NCBI GenBank assembly: GCA_964361705.1
Contig: CAYIBP010000003.1
Coordinates: 5,606 to 69,605, forward strand
Length of the DNA stretch: 64,000 nucleotides
Direction: 5' to 3'
From: an uncultured Candidatus Saccharibacteria bacterium
GTDB taxonomy: Bacteria > Patescibacteriota > Minisyncoccia > Phycocordibacterales > UBA9973
A model generated the notes under the pieces. The model did no database searches. It was not told the origin of the DNA and saw only the letters and a list, made by a program, of their open reading frames with translations. A program made the position numbers and the translations under genes. Position 1 is the first letter of the stretch, and every line of letters starts with the position of its first letter. This document shows positions 21,089-30,270 of this stretch, piece after piece.

Positions 21089-23056
21089 ATGAAAGAAAAA
21101 CATACAAAAAAGCCGATGAAGGTGTCGGGCATTATATCTGTTTCTTCAAAGGGTACTGGGTATGTCTCGGTAGAGGGTAAAGACAAAGACATAGAGATAG
21201 ATTTCGCTCGTTTGAATACTGCTCTCCATGGAGATACGGTAGAGATATGTATCCATTCTAAGGGCAAAGACAATACTAGGGGCGAAGTGATAAAAGTAAT
21301 TTCTCGCGCAAAGACAGGATTCTCTGGTGTTCTGCAAAGAGAAAAAGGCGTGTATTTTCTGAAACCTGATGACACAAAGATGTATGCCGACATATCAATA
21401 CCAGAAATGTTTTTAAATAAAGCAAAAGCTGGAGAAAAAGTGTATGCAGAAATAATGTCTTGGCAAGATTCTTCCAGATTACCCGAAGGCAAAGTATTAA
21501 AAATACTCGGCAAGCCGGGCAACAACGATACCGAAATGCACGCTATCGCCATAGAAAAAGGTTTCGATAACGATATGCCAGAGAGAGTCAAAGAAGAAGC
21601 AAAGAAAATAAAAACTCTCGGAATGCAAACAAAAGATTACGCAGACAGAAAAGACTTCAGAAAGATTCTGACATTTACTATCGATCCCGAAGATGCAAAA
21701 GATTTTGATGATGCGATATCCATTAGAGAGATAAAAGTAGGCGACCCTGCTCTACCCGAAGGAGGCTATGAGATAGGGGTACACATAGCAGATGTAACAC
21801 ATTTCGTACGAGAAGGTGGCACGATGGATGAAGAAGCCAAATCACGAGGTACTTCTGTGTATTTAGTGGACAGAACAATACCGATGTTACCAGAAGAGAT
21901 CTCCAACGATCTGTGTTCCCTGCTACCACACAAAGACAGGTTTGCAATGAGCGCAGTTTTTATGATGAACAAAAACGCAGAAGTAAAAGGAGAATGGTTC
22001 GGCCGCACGGTAATACATTCGCAAAAGAGATTTACATATGAGGAGGCGGAAAAATCTATAAATGATCAAAACGCACATCTGCACAGGGAACTACATATAC
22101 TAAACACTCTTGCAAAGAAATTAACCGAGGAGAGATTTAGATTAGGCGCGATGTCCCTAGAACAAGAAGAAGTGAAATTCGTACTAGATAAAAACGGTAA
22201 ACCTTTAAAGGTTATAAAAAAAATACGAGGAGATTCTAATAAACTCATCGAGGAATTTATGTTGCTCGCCAACAAAAAAGTCGCGGAATTATTTTCTGCC
22301 AAGGTAGATAAAACAGAAAAAGACAATGGGGTATTTATATACCGAATACACGATAGACCAGAGAAAGAAAAGGTTATTAATCTAGCTTTCTTTTTACGCA
22401 GTCTCGGACATAAAATCTCAATAATAAATGATCAAATTCCAAAGCAAGAGATAAACAAAATTTTACAAAAAATATCCGGGCAAAACGGAGAAGATACGAT
22501 TCGAAAGATGATCATAAGGTCTATGGCAAAAGCAATATATTCCACAAAAAATATTGGGCATTATGGTCTGGCATTTGATTATTACGCTCACTTTACTTCA
22601 CCTATCAGACGATATCCGGATATGGTAGCGCACAGACTCCTTGCTGATTTTCTGAAAACAGAAAGCAAACATCAGAAAGCAAACAAAGAAAAAGTAGCAG
22701 AGTTTCAGAAAATAGCAATGCGATCTTCTGAGCGCGAGAAATACGCTGCCGACGCAGAAAGAGCCTCGGTAAAATACAAACAAGTGGAATATATGTCTCT
22801 TAGAATTGGCAAAACTTTCTCCGGTACGATCAGCGGTGTCACCGAATGGGGAATGTTTGTAGAAGAACACGAAACTAAATGCGAAGGTTTGGTGCGTCTG
22901 CGCGAGATGAAAGATGATTTTTATATTTTCAATGAAAAAAAGATGGAGCTGGTAGGAGAAAAACACAAAAAGAAATACAGTCTGGGAGACAAAGTAAAAA
23001 TAAAAGTGAAAGACGCAAACCTAGAAAGAAAAACAATAGACTACGAACTCGTATGA
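21089..23056 (+). CDS. rnr: ribonuclease R
   Basis: TIDPEDAKDFDDA, HFTSPIRRYPD, C-terminal S1 domain. Confidence 0.95.
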   Translation: MKEKHTKKPMKVSGIISVSSKGTGYVSVEGKDKDIEIDFARLNTALHGDTVEICIHSKGKDNTRGEVIKVISRAKTGFSGVLQREKGVYFLKPDDTKMYADISIPEMFLNKAKAGEKVYAEIMSWQDSSRLPEGKVLKILGKPGNNDTEMHAIAIEKGFDNDMPERVKEEAKKIKTLGMQTKDYADRKDFRKILTFTIDPEDAKDFDDAISIREIKVGDPALPEGGYEIGVHIADVTHFVREGGTMDEEAKSRGTSVYLVDRTIPMLPEEISNDLCSLLPHKDRFAMSAVFMMNKNAEVKGEWFGRTVIHSQKRFTYEEAEKSINDQNAHLHRELHILNTLAKKLTEERFRLGAMSLEQEEVKFVLDKNGKPLKVIKKIRGDSNKLIEEFMLLANKKVAELFSAKVDKTEKDNGVFIYRIHDRPEKEKVINLAFFLRSLGHKISIINDQIPKQEINKILQKISGQNGEDTIRKMIIRSMAKAIYSTKNIGHYGLAFDYYAHFTSPIRRYPDMVAHRLLADFLKTESKHQKANKEKVAEFQKIAMRSSEREKYAADAERASVKYKQVEYMSLRIGKTFSGTISGVTEWGMFVEEHETKCEGLVRLREMKDDFYIFNEKKMELVGEKHKKKYSLGDKVKIKVKDANLERKTIDYELV

Positions 23057-24924
23057 GGCATAATTTTAAACAAAAATTAAAAGTTGTTTTTTGGTTTATT
23101 ATCGCTATATTTCTCGGCATATCTGTCACCTCCTTTGCTTTTGAAAAACTATCTAAAGAAAAAGAATACCAATACAAAGAAACACAAGCTACAGCACTAG
23201 AGTCCATAGAGAAAGATACAACTCCAAAATATTTTTATGTTACAAAAGATGCGAGCTCAAAACCAAAAGTCGGAGCGAAAGCTTATCTTGTGGGAGATTT
23301 GGATACAGGTGAAATCATTCTTGAAGAAAATAAAGACGCAGAATTCCCCATAGCTTCAGTTTCAAAGCTCATGACAGCAACCCTTGCCAAAGAACTCATG
23401 TCTCCAGAGGATTTGGCAATCGTATCTAAAAAAGCCCTAAGCACACAAGGTACAAATGGAGATTTAAAAATTGGAGAAAAAATAAAAATAGAAGACCTTG
23501 TATATCCTCTACTTCTAGAATCCAGTAATGATGCCGCAGAGGTAATAGCTGAATATTTTGAAAGAGAATATTTTTTGAAAAAGATGAATCAATTGGCAGA
23601 GAAATTAAATCTTACCAAGACGGCATTTGACGATCCGAGCGGGCTTTCTGCAAAAAACAGATCCACAGTGTACGAGATATTTAAACTTACAGGATATATA
23701 AAAGAAAAAAATCCGGAAATACTTGATCTGACAAAAAACAAAAGTTTCAAAAACAAAAATCATCACTGGTTTAGCAACAATCAATTTTTAAGCGAAGATG
23801 GATACAATGGAGGAAAAAGCGGATACACAGACCCGGCAATGCAGACAGTAGTTTCCACTTTTGCGCTTCCTCTTTCGGAAACAGGAACACGCAATATAGC
23901 TATCACGTTACTTCAAAGCAAAGACCGTTTTAAAGATGTACAAAAAATATTAGAATATTTAAATCAAAATACATATTATGGAGGCAAAGCTGACGCAGAG
24001 AGCGCTTGGGTCAAACTACGCACAGATGTAGCTCCAGTTTACGAGAGGGATTTCGTATCGCTCACCTTCGGAGGAGACATGATGCTTGACCGCGGAGTAG
24101 AAACTTCCGTAAACAAAAATTTCGACGGAAATTTTTCCGCATTGTTTGAAAATTTGGGTATTTTGAAAAAAACAGACATATCATTTGCAAACTTGGAAGG
24201 CCCTGCATCAGACATAGGCAAAGACAGACAAAACTTATATTCGTTTAGAATGCACCCTTCCACTATACCCGCTTTGAAAGGCGCAGGGATCTCGGTGGTG
24301 TCAGTAGCGAACAACCATGTAGGAGATTGGGGACGAGATGCATATCTGGACACATTAGAAAGATTAAAAGAAAATGAAATATTTTACACTGGAGGCGGTG
24401 TGAACAGAATCGAAGCAGAACAACCAATCATAATAGAAAAATACGGGATCAAGATAGGATTTCTTGCCTTTTCAGATGTTGGACCAGATTGGATGCAAGC
24501 CGACGAAGACAAAGCAGGCCTCTTGATAGCACGCGATCCTCGTTTTGAAGAAATAATAACTAACGCCTCAAAACAAGTAGACCACCTAGTCGTCTCATTT
24601 CACTTTGGAGACGAATACAAGACAATACACAATGCTCGCCAAGAAGACCTGGCGCATAAAGCCATAGACTCCGGAGCAAAGATAGTGATAGGACATCACC
24701 CGCATGTAATACAAGACACAGAAATTTATAAAAATGGATTTATAGCCTATTCGCTGGGCAATTTTATATTTGACCAAAGCTGGTCCAAAGACACTATGAG
24801 AGGCATGCTCTTAGAAATAAAACTAGGAAGAGATGGAAATATGACTATAAAGAAAAACATCTCAAACTTGAGCAACTTTTTCCAACCAGAAAAAACGATT
24901 GCAGGTAAAGAGGAAAAATTATAA
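23053..24924 (+). CDS. fusion of D-Ala-D-Ala carboxypeptidase (S11) and CapA/PGA_cap metallophosphatase
   Basis: N-terminal TM; SVSK, SSN, KSG penicillin-binding motifs; then GDMML, NLEGP, ANNH, HFGDE, GHHPHV, YSLGNF. Confidence 0.88.
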   Translation: MRHNFKQKLKVVFWFIIAIFLGISVTSFAFEKLSKEKEYQYKETQATALESIEKDTTPKYFYVTKDASSKPKVGAKAYLVGDLDTGEIILEENKDAEFPIASVSKLMTATLAKELMSPEDLAIVSKKALSTQGTNGDLKIGEKIKIEDLVYPLLLESSNDAAEVIAEYFEREYFLKKMNQLAEKLNLTKTAFDDPSGLSAKNRSTVYEIFKLTGYIKEKNPEILDLTKNKSFKNKNHHWFSNNQFLSEDGYNGGKSGYTDPAMQTVVSTFALPLSETGTRNIAITLLQSKDRFKDVQKILEYLNQNTYYGGKADAESAWVKLRTDVAPVYERDFVSLTFGGDMMLDRGVETSVNKNFDGNFSALFENLGILKKTDISFANLEGPASDIGKDRQNLYSFRMHPSTIPALKGAGISVVSVANNHVGDWGRDAYLDTLERLKENEIFYTGGGVNRIEAEQPIIIEKYGIKIGFLAFSDVGPDWMQADEDKAGLLIARDPRFEEIITNASKQVDHLVVSFHFGDEYKTIHNARQEDLAHKAIDSGAKIVIGHHPHVIQDTEIYKNGFIAYSLGNFIFDQSWSKDTMRGMLLEIKLGRDGNMTIKKNISNLSNFFQPEKTIAGKEEKL

Positions 24925-24940
24925 ACTTTAAATAAAAAAC

Positions 24941-25708
24941 ATGAGCTTAGATAAAACAATCTCACAGGTGATGGATGTCCTACCAAAAAAATCCTCAGTT
25001 AAAAAAATAGGTAAAAGATTTATCCATAATCAAGAAGACAAACTGTATGTTGTAATACCATACTGGAAAGCTTCCCTATCGCAAGCACCAATGCGCGTAT
25101 TATCTGAAAGGATAGTAAAAGCAGGATATTCTTGCTTATCATACGAGTTTCCGACAAATATTCTTTCTCAAGATATATATAAAACTCGCGAAGCTTTTTT
25201 AAAAATCAAAAAAGATATAAGGAAAGAAATAAAAAGAATAAAAAAGTTTTACACTTTCAAAGAAATCACCATCATTGGTATTAGTCTTGGTTGTGTAAAC
25301 GCTACAATGATAGCCGATAACAATAAAGATATAGACAATATTTGTCTAGTAGTACCGGGTGATTCTCTGGCTTTTTGTCTCTGGAATGGCGTAGCAACGG
25401 TGGATATAAAAGAAAAGATTGAAAAACAAAATATCAGTTTAAAGACTCTTGAAAGGGTTTGGAAGAAACTCGCGCCAAAAAATAATTTATCTTATCAAAA
25501 AAATAAACACATAGAAATATACATATCGAGGACTGATGATGTCATACCTTATGAGAGTGGCAAACGTCTGGTAGAAGAAATGAAGAAAAAAGGTTTAAAT
25601 CCAGAAATATTCACAAACAACAAACTCGGACACTACCTGACACCGGTAAAGTTTATCCTATCTAAAAACTTTAATCAAAAGAAAATAAAAAAAGCTGAAA
25701 TAATTTAG
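24941..25708 (+). CDS. alpha/beta hydrolase
   Basis: GISLG nucleophile elbow, DDVIP, GHY. Confidence 0.75.
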   Translation: MSLDKTISQVMDVLPKKSSVKKIGKRFIHNQEDKLYVVIPYWKASLSQAPMRVLSERIVKAGYSCLSYEFPTNILSQDIYKTREAFLKIKKDIRKEIKRIKKFYTFKEITIIGISLGCVNATMIADNNKDIDNICLVVPGDSLAFCLWNGVATVDIKEKIEKQNISLKTLERVWKKLAPKNNLSYQKNKHIEIYISRTDDVIPYESGKRLVEEMKKKGLNPEIFTNNKLGHYLTPVKFILSKNFNQKKIKKAEII

Positions 25709-25711
25709 CGT

Positions 25712-25738
25712 AGTGTTGAGCATTGGGTGTTTGACACT
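25712..25738 (+). terminator. hairpin between the convergent hydrolase and smc genes
   Basis: AGTGTTGAGCAT-tgg-GTGTTTGACACT pairs fully, using G-U pairs on the plus strand; no U tract. Confidence 0.4.
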
Positions 25739-25752
25739 GTGACACGAAAAGA

Positions 25753-28008
25753 TTATTTCGCGATAGCTTGTGCTTCGTTGAGTTTGACGGAGAGGAGTTT
25801 TGACGCGCCATCGGCGCCTATGGTCACACCGTAGAGTATACCTGCGCGAGACATAGTCTCTCTGTTGTGGGTTACCACTACGAGTTGTGAATGTTTTGAA
25901 AGTTTTTCAAGCATATCTCCGTACTTTCTGGAATTTGCTTCATCTAGAGCAGCATCAGTTTCGTCCAATACTAAAAAGGGTGGAGGATTTACTTGCGACA
26001 TTGCAAAAAGTAATGCTATAGAAGTGAGAGATCTTTCTCCTCCAGAGAGAGCATTTAATTCTTTGACTTTTTTCTGAGGTAAAGATACATCAATATCTAG
26101 GCCCTGTTCAAAAACTATTTCCTCCTCATCTTTTTCTGTTTCTTCATCTTCCTCCGGATTATTCTTCCTTGATTTTTTATTTTCAACCAAAAGAGACAAG
26201 TGCGCGGACCCGCCACCAAACATCAGATTGAAGAAATTATTGAATTCTACATTTATCTTTTTTACACCTTCTTTGAATTCTGTATCTATTTTTTCTTTAA
26301 GCTCCGCCATCAGCGTGCGGATAGATTCTATACTTTTTGCCAAATCTTCTATCTCCTTTGCTAAAAACGCATCTCTGCTTGTAACTTCTTCATATTCTTT
26401 TACAACTTCCAAACCCCTATCTAGCCCAGTGTCTTCAAGCCTTATTTTTATCTTTTCTATCTTTCTCTTCAATTCTTCATGTTCCATCTTATTTGATGTA
26501 TAAGAAACATTAAAATCTCTGTAAAGCAGAATATCTCCACCTATCAACACTGAACCTTCTTTTATCTCGTTATCAAAAGATTCAATTTGTCTGCGCAGGT
26601 TGTCTTCTTTGATTCGCACCATATCGAGCGATGACATGAGTTCTTGTTTTTTCATTCTTATATTGAATCTTTCTTTTTCTTTCAAGTGCAAAGATTCGCT
26701 TTCTCTGCGAGCTTCTTCTTTGAGCATCAATATCTTTTCAAAGATGTCTTTTTCTTCTTTTCTTATATTATCTAATTCCACTTCTATTTGTTTTTTTGTA
26801 TTTTTGAAATTTTCAAGCTCGTCTAAATTCTGATCTTCTCTATCACTCACAGAAATCTCAATTTTAAATTTCTTCAAAATCTCGTTCACAGAAGACAAAT
26901 AAGACTTTATTTCAGACAAGTCATCTTTTAATATCGCGTCATCTATAATGCTTTCGATTTCTTGCAAGAAAACAGACACTCTTTTTACTGGCACTGCGGT
27001 ATCTCTGTATTCTATGGACCTGTGTCGTGAGCTTACTTCTATCATAGCCTCTATGCGGCCAAGCTTTCTTTCAATCTCACTTTTAGCGCCACTCATTTCA
27101 AAACGCTTTTTCTCGAGAATTTTAATTTCTTTTTCTTTTTCACTTTCTTCTTTTTCTCTACCATCGCGTGATTCCATTTCTTTGAGTTCTTTTTCTGTAT
27201 TTTCAAGTTCCCAAGAAATCCTTTTTTTGTCAGAGCTGACGATAGTTTTTTCATTTTCAATATAAATACTTTCTTTTTTCAAATATTCCTGATAAAGCAA
27301 AGAAAGTTCAAAACGCATTTCTTTTGCTTTCTCGAGCCTTTCCATCTGCTTTTTCAAGAAATTAAGGTGCGGCGCATTTTCCCTGCGAAGCATGGTAACT
27401 TCTTTTATATTTATTTCCGTTCTTTCCAATTTTTTCGCGGATTCTTTTATCCTATACTGATATATTTTCAAACCCAAAGCTTCTTCTACCATTTCGCGTC
27501 TATCTTTTGGGTTTGCATTCAATATTCTGTCCGCTTCACCCTGTGAAATTATATGATGCTGTGAAGCGCCGATATTCACCGAGGACAGGAGGTTGTGAAT
27601 ATCTTTCAGCCTTGTCTCACTACCATTCAATATGTATTTATTTAATCCATCCGCGTAAACCTCACGAGAGATGGAAACAACATCGTAATTGAGATTTATA
27701 TTTTCACCTGCTTCATTTGAAAGTTTAAAAACATGGTCGGAATTGTCAAAATAAATGGCCACGCTAGCGCGTGTACCCTTAGACAAATTTTTAGAACCCT
27801 TGAATATCATATCCTCTCCTTTTGATCCACGCATAGATTTCATGGATTGTTCTCCAAGTACAAAACGAATAGCCTCAACCACATTTGATTTACCGGAACC
27901 ATTAGGACCTACAATGGAAACTATTGGATTTTGAAATTCTAAAACAGTTTTTTTAGAAAAAGATTTAAAACCATTTATTTCAAGACTCTTTAGGCGCGTC
28001 GAAAGCAT
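25753..28008 (-). CDS. smc: SMC-family ATPase, short (751 aa)
   Basis: GFKSF, GPNGSGKSN Walker A, LSGGE signature, LDETDAALD, coiled coils; next to rnc. Confidence 0.88.
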   Translation of the reverse strand: MLSTRLKSLEINGFKSFSKKTVLEFQNPIVSIVGPNGSGKSNVVEAIRFVLGEQSMKSMRGSKGEDMIFKGSKNLSKGTRASVAIYFDNSDHVFKLSNEAGENINLNYDVVSISREVYADGLNKYILNGSETRLKDIHNLLSSVNIGASQHHIISQGEADRILNANPKDRREMVEEALGLKIYQYRIKESAKKLERTEINIKEVTMLRRENAPHLNFLKKQMERLEKAKEMRFELSLLYQEYLKKESIYIENEKTIVSSDKKRISWELENTEKELKEMESRDGREKEESEKEKEIKILEKKRFEMSGAKSEIERKLGRIEAMIEVSSRHRSIEYRDTAVPVKRVSVFLQEIESIIDDAILKDDLSEIKSYLSSVNEILKKFKIEISVSDREDQNLDELENFKNTKKQIEVELDNIRKEEKDIFEKILMLKEEARRESESLHLKEKERFNIRMKKQELMSSLDMVRIKEDNLRRQIESFDNEIKEGSVLIGGDILLYRDFNVSYTSNKMEHEELKRKIEKIKIRLEDTGLDRGLEVVKEYEEVTSRDAFLAKEIEDLAKSIESIRTLMAELKEKIDTEFKEGVKKINVEFNNFFNLMFGGGSAHLSLLVENKKSRKNNPEEDEETEKDEEEIVFEQGLDIDVSLPQKKVKELNALSGGERSLTSIALLFAMSQVNPPPFLVLDETDAALDEANSRKYGDMLEKLSKHSQLVVVTHNRETMSRAGILYGVTIGADGASKLLSVKLNEAQAIAK

Positions 28009-28017
28009 GCTCGTTTT

Positions 28018-28713
28018 TTAATCAGACCAATTTTTTATTCTTAATGCGGATTCGGCGGCTTTTTGTTCCGCTTCTTGTTTTGATTTACCTTTGCCTTCTG
28101 CCACTAATTCAGAACTGAAAAATACCCCAACAGTAAAGTGTTTGTCGTGATCAGGGCCTGACTCGCTTAGAATCTTGTAAGCAGGGGTTACTCCTATGTG
28201 CTCTTGCGCCTTTTCTTGGATCAGACTTTTTGAATCACGCCAGAGTTTTTTCTTTACTATTTCATCAGTGTATGGCAAGAGAGTATTTGTAACGAATTTA
28301 TTTGCCACATCATAACCCTGATCAAGATACACCGCCCCTAAATAAGCCTCGTATGTATTCGCCAATATATATTGCCTAGCTTTACCGGTATCTTTGGCTT
28401 CGCCTTTAGATAGAAGTAGATAATCGTTCATGCCAATTTTTAAAGCAACTTCGGAAATAGTAATAGCATTTACAAGAGCCGACCTGATAGCGGTAAGTTC
28501 ACCTTCGGTGTAACCTTTATATTTTTTATAAAGAAAGTCAGTCACGATGAGCTCGAGCACAGCATCTCCTAGAAATTCAAGCCGTTCGTTATGTAAAAGA
28601 TTTGAGCCTGGATTTTCGTTTATATAAGAACGGTGAACAAATGCCTGTTTGAGCAGAATTTTATCCTTAAAAGTTATTTTAGTGGTTTTTTCAAAATCTG
28701 AGAATTGGATCAT
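28018..28713 (-). CDS. rnc: ribonuclease III
   Basis: NERLEFLGDAVL and C-terminal dsRBD. Confidence 0.98.
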   Translation of the reverse strand: MIQFSDFEKTTKITFKDKILLKQAFVHRSYINENPGSNLLHNERLEFLGDAVLELIVTDFLYKKYKGYTEGELTAIRSALVNAITISEVALKIGMNDYLLLSKGEAKDTGKARQYILANTYEAYLGAVYLDQGYDVANKFVTNTLLPYTDEIVKKKLWRDSKSLIQEKAQEHIGVTPAYKILSESGPDHDKHFTVGVFFSSELVAEGKGKSKQEAEQKAAESALRIKNWSD

Positions 28714-28735
28714 GGGGGTTTTTATATTAATAAAT

Positions 28736-29662
28736 TTAACTTATTTTCTTGCTTATAATATCTATCGCCTTGGTAATAAGCGGAATAATGTCATTGTAAA
28801 TGCGAAGCTGTGGGATTTCAGAAAGCTGAAACCATCTCGCATCATCAAGACCACCAGACTTTTCTAACACAAGTTCTTTGTACTCGCTCTCTGCTAAAAA
28901 ATAAACCACTTTTTTCAAAGTCTTGCCATTTTCCGGATGAGTTGCAACATATTCATTCACGCCTATTTTTTCTTTGATTTCTACATCAAGACCTATTTCT
29001 TCTTTTATTTCCCTTTTTGTGCCTGTCTCTATTTCTTCTCCTGACTCTACTTTACCTTTTGATAAAGTCCAATACCCAAAAACATCGTGTACAAAAGCAA
29101 ATAAAACATCACTGTCCTTCTTTGCATAAACTAATGCTCCACCCAGATTCTCAACGGGAAGTTTGCTGATATCTACAGACTCTTCTTTCTTTTTCGTTTT
29201 GCTTATCTGTTCTTTGCCCGGCTCGCCTATCTCTTTGTACACAGCACCCAACACGCCATTGATAAACTTGCTTGAATTTTCTCCACCGAAAGTTTTTGCA
29301 AGCTCTATGGCTTCGTTTATAGCAACTTTCGGAGGCACTTCATTTCTATCGCCGAAAAGGAGTTCGGTGAGACCAATCCTTAATATATTTCTATCAACAA
29401 CCGAGATTTTCTCAAGAGGCCAGTCTGGAGCTGCCTTTTTGATTATCTCATCAATAATGCTAGTTTTTTTTAATACAAGTTCAGCGAGAATAAAAACAAA
29501 CGGATCATCTTCAAAACTGGGAGTGAATTCTTTCAGGTTTCTTTTTAGAGCATTTTTCACTTTCTCTTCATCCCAAGAAACACCACCTTCATGAGTAGAC
29601 ATAAAATCCCATTCAAAGAGGGTTTGGAGAACTATTGATCTTGAAAGGTGCCTGTTTGCCAT
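28736..29662 (-). CDS. nusB: NusB fused to a C-terminal NUDIX hydrolase
   Basis: DRNILR, VAINEAIELAK, FINGVLG; Nudix box GKVESGEEIETGTKREIKEEIG. Confidence 0.93.
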   Translation of the reverse strand: MANRHLSRSIVLQTLFEWDFMSTHEGGVSWDEEKVKNALKRNLKEFTPSFEDDPFVFILAELVLKKTSIIDEIIKKAAPDWPLEKISVVDRNILRIGLTELLFGDRNEVPPKVAINEAIELAKTFGGENSSKFINGVLGAVYKEIGEPGKEQISKTKKKEESVDISKLPVENLGGALVYAKKDSDVLFAFVHDVFGYWTLSKGKVESGEEIETGTKREIKEEIGLDVEIKEKIGVNEYVATHPENGKTLKKVVYFLAESEYKELVLEKSGGLDDARWFQLSEIPQLRIYNDIIPLITKAIDIISKKIS

Positions 29663-29723
29663 AGCAAAGATTAATGAACAAAAGCGGACAAAAAACCAAA
29701 ACTCGTGCGCAGAACAAGAAGTA

Positions 29724-29951
29724 TTATTTTTCTTCTGCTTTCTTCGCTTTTTCTTTCTTTTGCTTCTTTTCTATCTTTTTGATTAAATCCAATACTTTCT
29801 TGCCGTTGTAATATCCACAAGACAAGCAGACTGTGTGGCCTTTCTTTGGAAGTTTACAGTTTTCACACTTCACAAAAACGGTCTTCTCCAGTGCGTGGTG
29901 AGATCGTCTGTTTTTCGTATGCGATTTTGTATGCCTCATTCGTACTACCAT
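29724..29951 (-). CDS. rpmF: 50S ribosomal protein L32
   Basis: RRSHHAL, CENC...HTVCLSCGYY. Confidence 0.95.
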   Translation of the reverse strand: MVVRMRHTKSHTKNRRSHHALEKTVFVKCENCKLPKKGHTVCLSCGYYNGKKVLDLIKKIEKKQKKEKAKKAEEK

Positions 29952-30007
29952 AATACCGATTATACTAGCATATAAAAGATAAAAAGCAAAATTTTAACTC
30001 TGCCTTG

Positions 30008-30035
30008 TTGACAATAAATATATCCGCGCTATCAT
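30008..30035 (+). promoter_or_regulatory. promoter for the thrS leader
   Basis: TTGACA 30008-30013, 16-nt spacer, TATCAT 30030-30035. Confidence 0.5.
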
Positions 30036-30041
30036 ACTCTT

Positions 30042-30222
30042 ATATAGAGATTGTCACGGCTACCAACCGTAATCCGATTAAAACGGACTCTTAAGAGAGC
30101 TAATCTATGAAAGAGCGCTCGGGAAAATTCTCGAGAAACTAGGTGGAACCACGAGGACTTTAACTTCCCCGCCCTAGTAAGGATGTAGAACTTTTGCATC
30201 TTTACTAGGGCGGGGATTTTTT
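30042..30222 (+). ncRNA. T-box riboswitch (Thr), transcriptional, compact
   Basis: T-box AAACTAGGTGGAACCACG at 30136-30153; antiterminator CTAGG/CCTAG overlaps the terminator; ACC codon in a 5' hairpin loop; upstream of thrS. Confidence 0.88.
30166..30222 (+). terminator. T-box terminator
   Basis: TCCCCGCCCTAGTAAGGATG...CATCTTTACTAGGGCGGGGA followed by TTTTTT. Confidence 0.9.
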
Positions 30223-30270
30223 GTTTTATATTATTAAAATTAATCAATTAACCTATTTGAAATAGTTTTT

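Noticed and set aside
21007-21591. 194-aa minus-strand ORF and the many other antisense ORFs inside rpoBC, gyrB, ligA, smc and pil genes
   Set aside because: Shadow frames opposite well-supported genes
30032-30247. 71-aa minus-strand ORF
   Set aside because: Antisense to the T-box leader; no protein features
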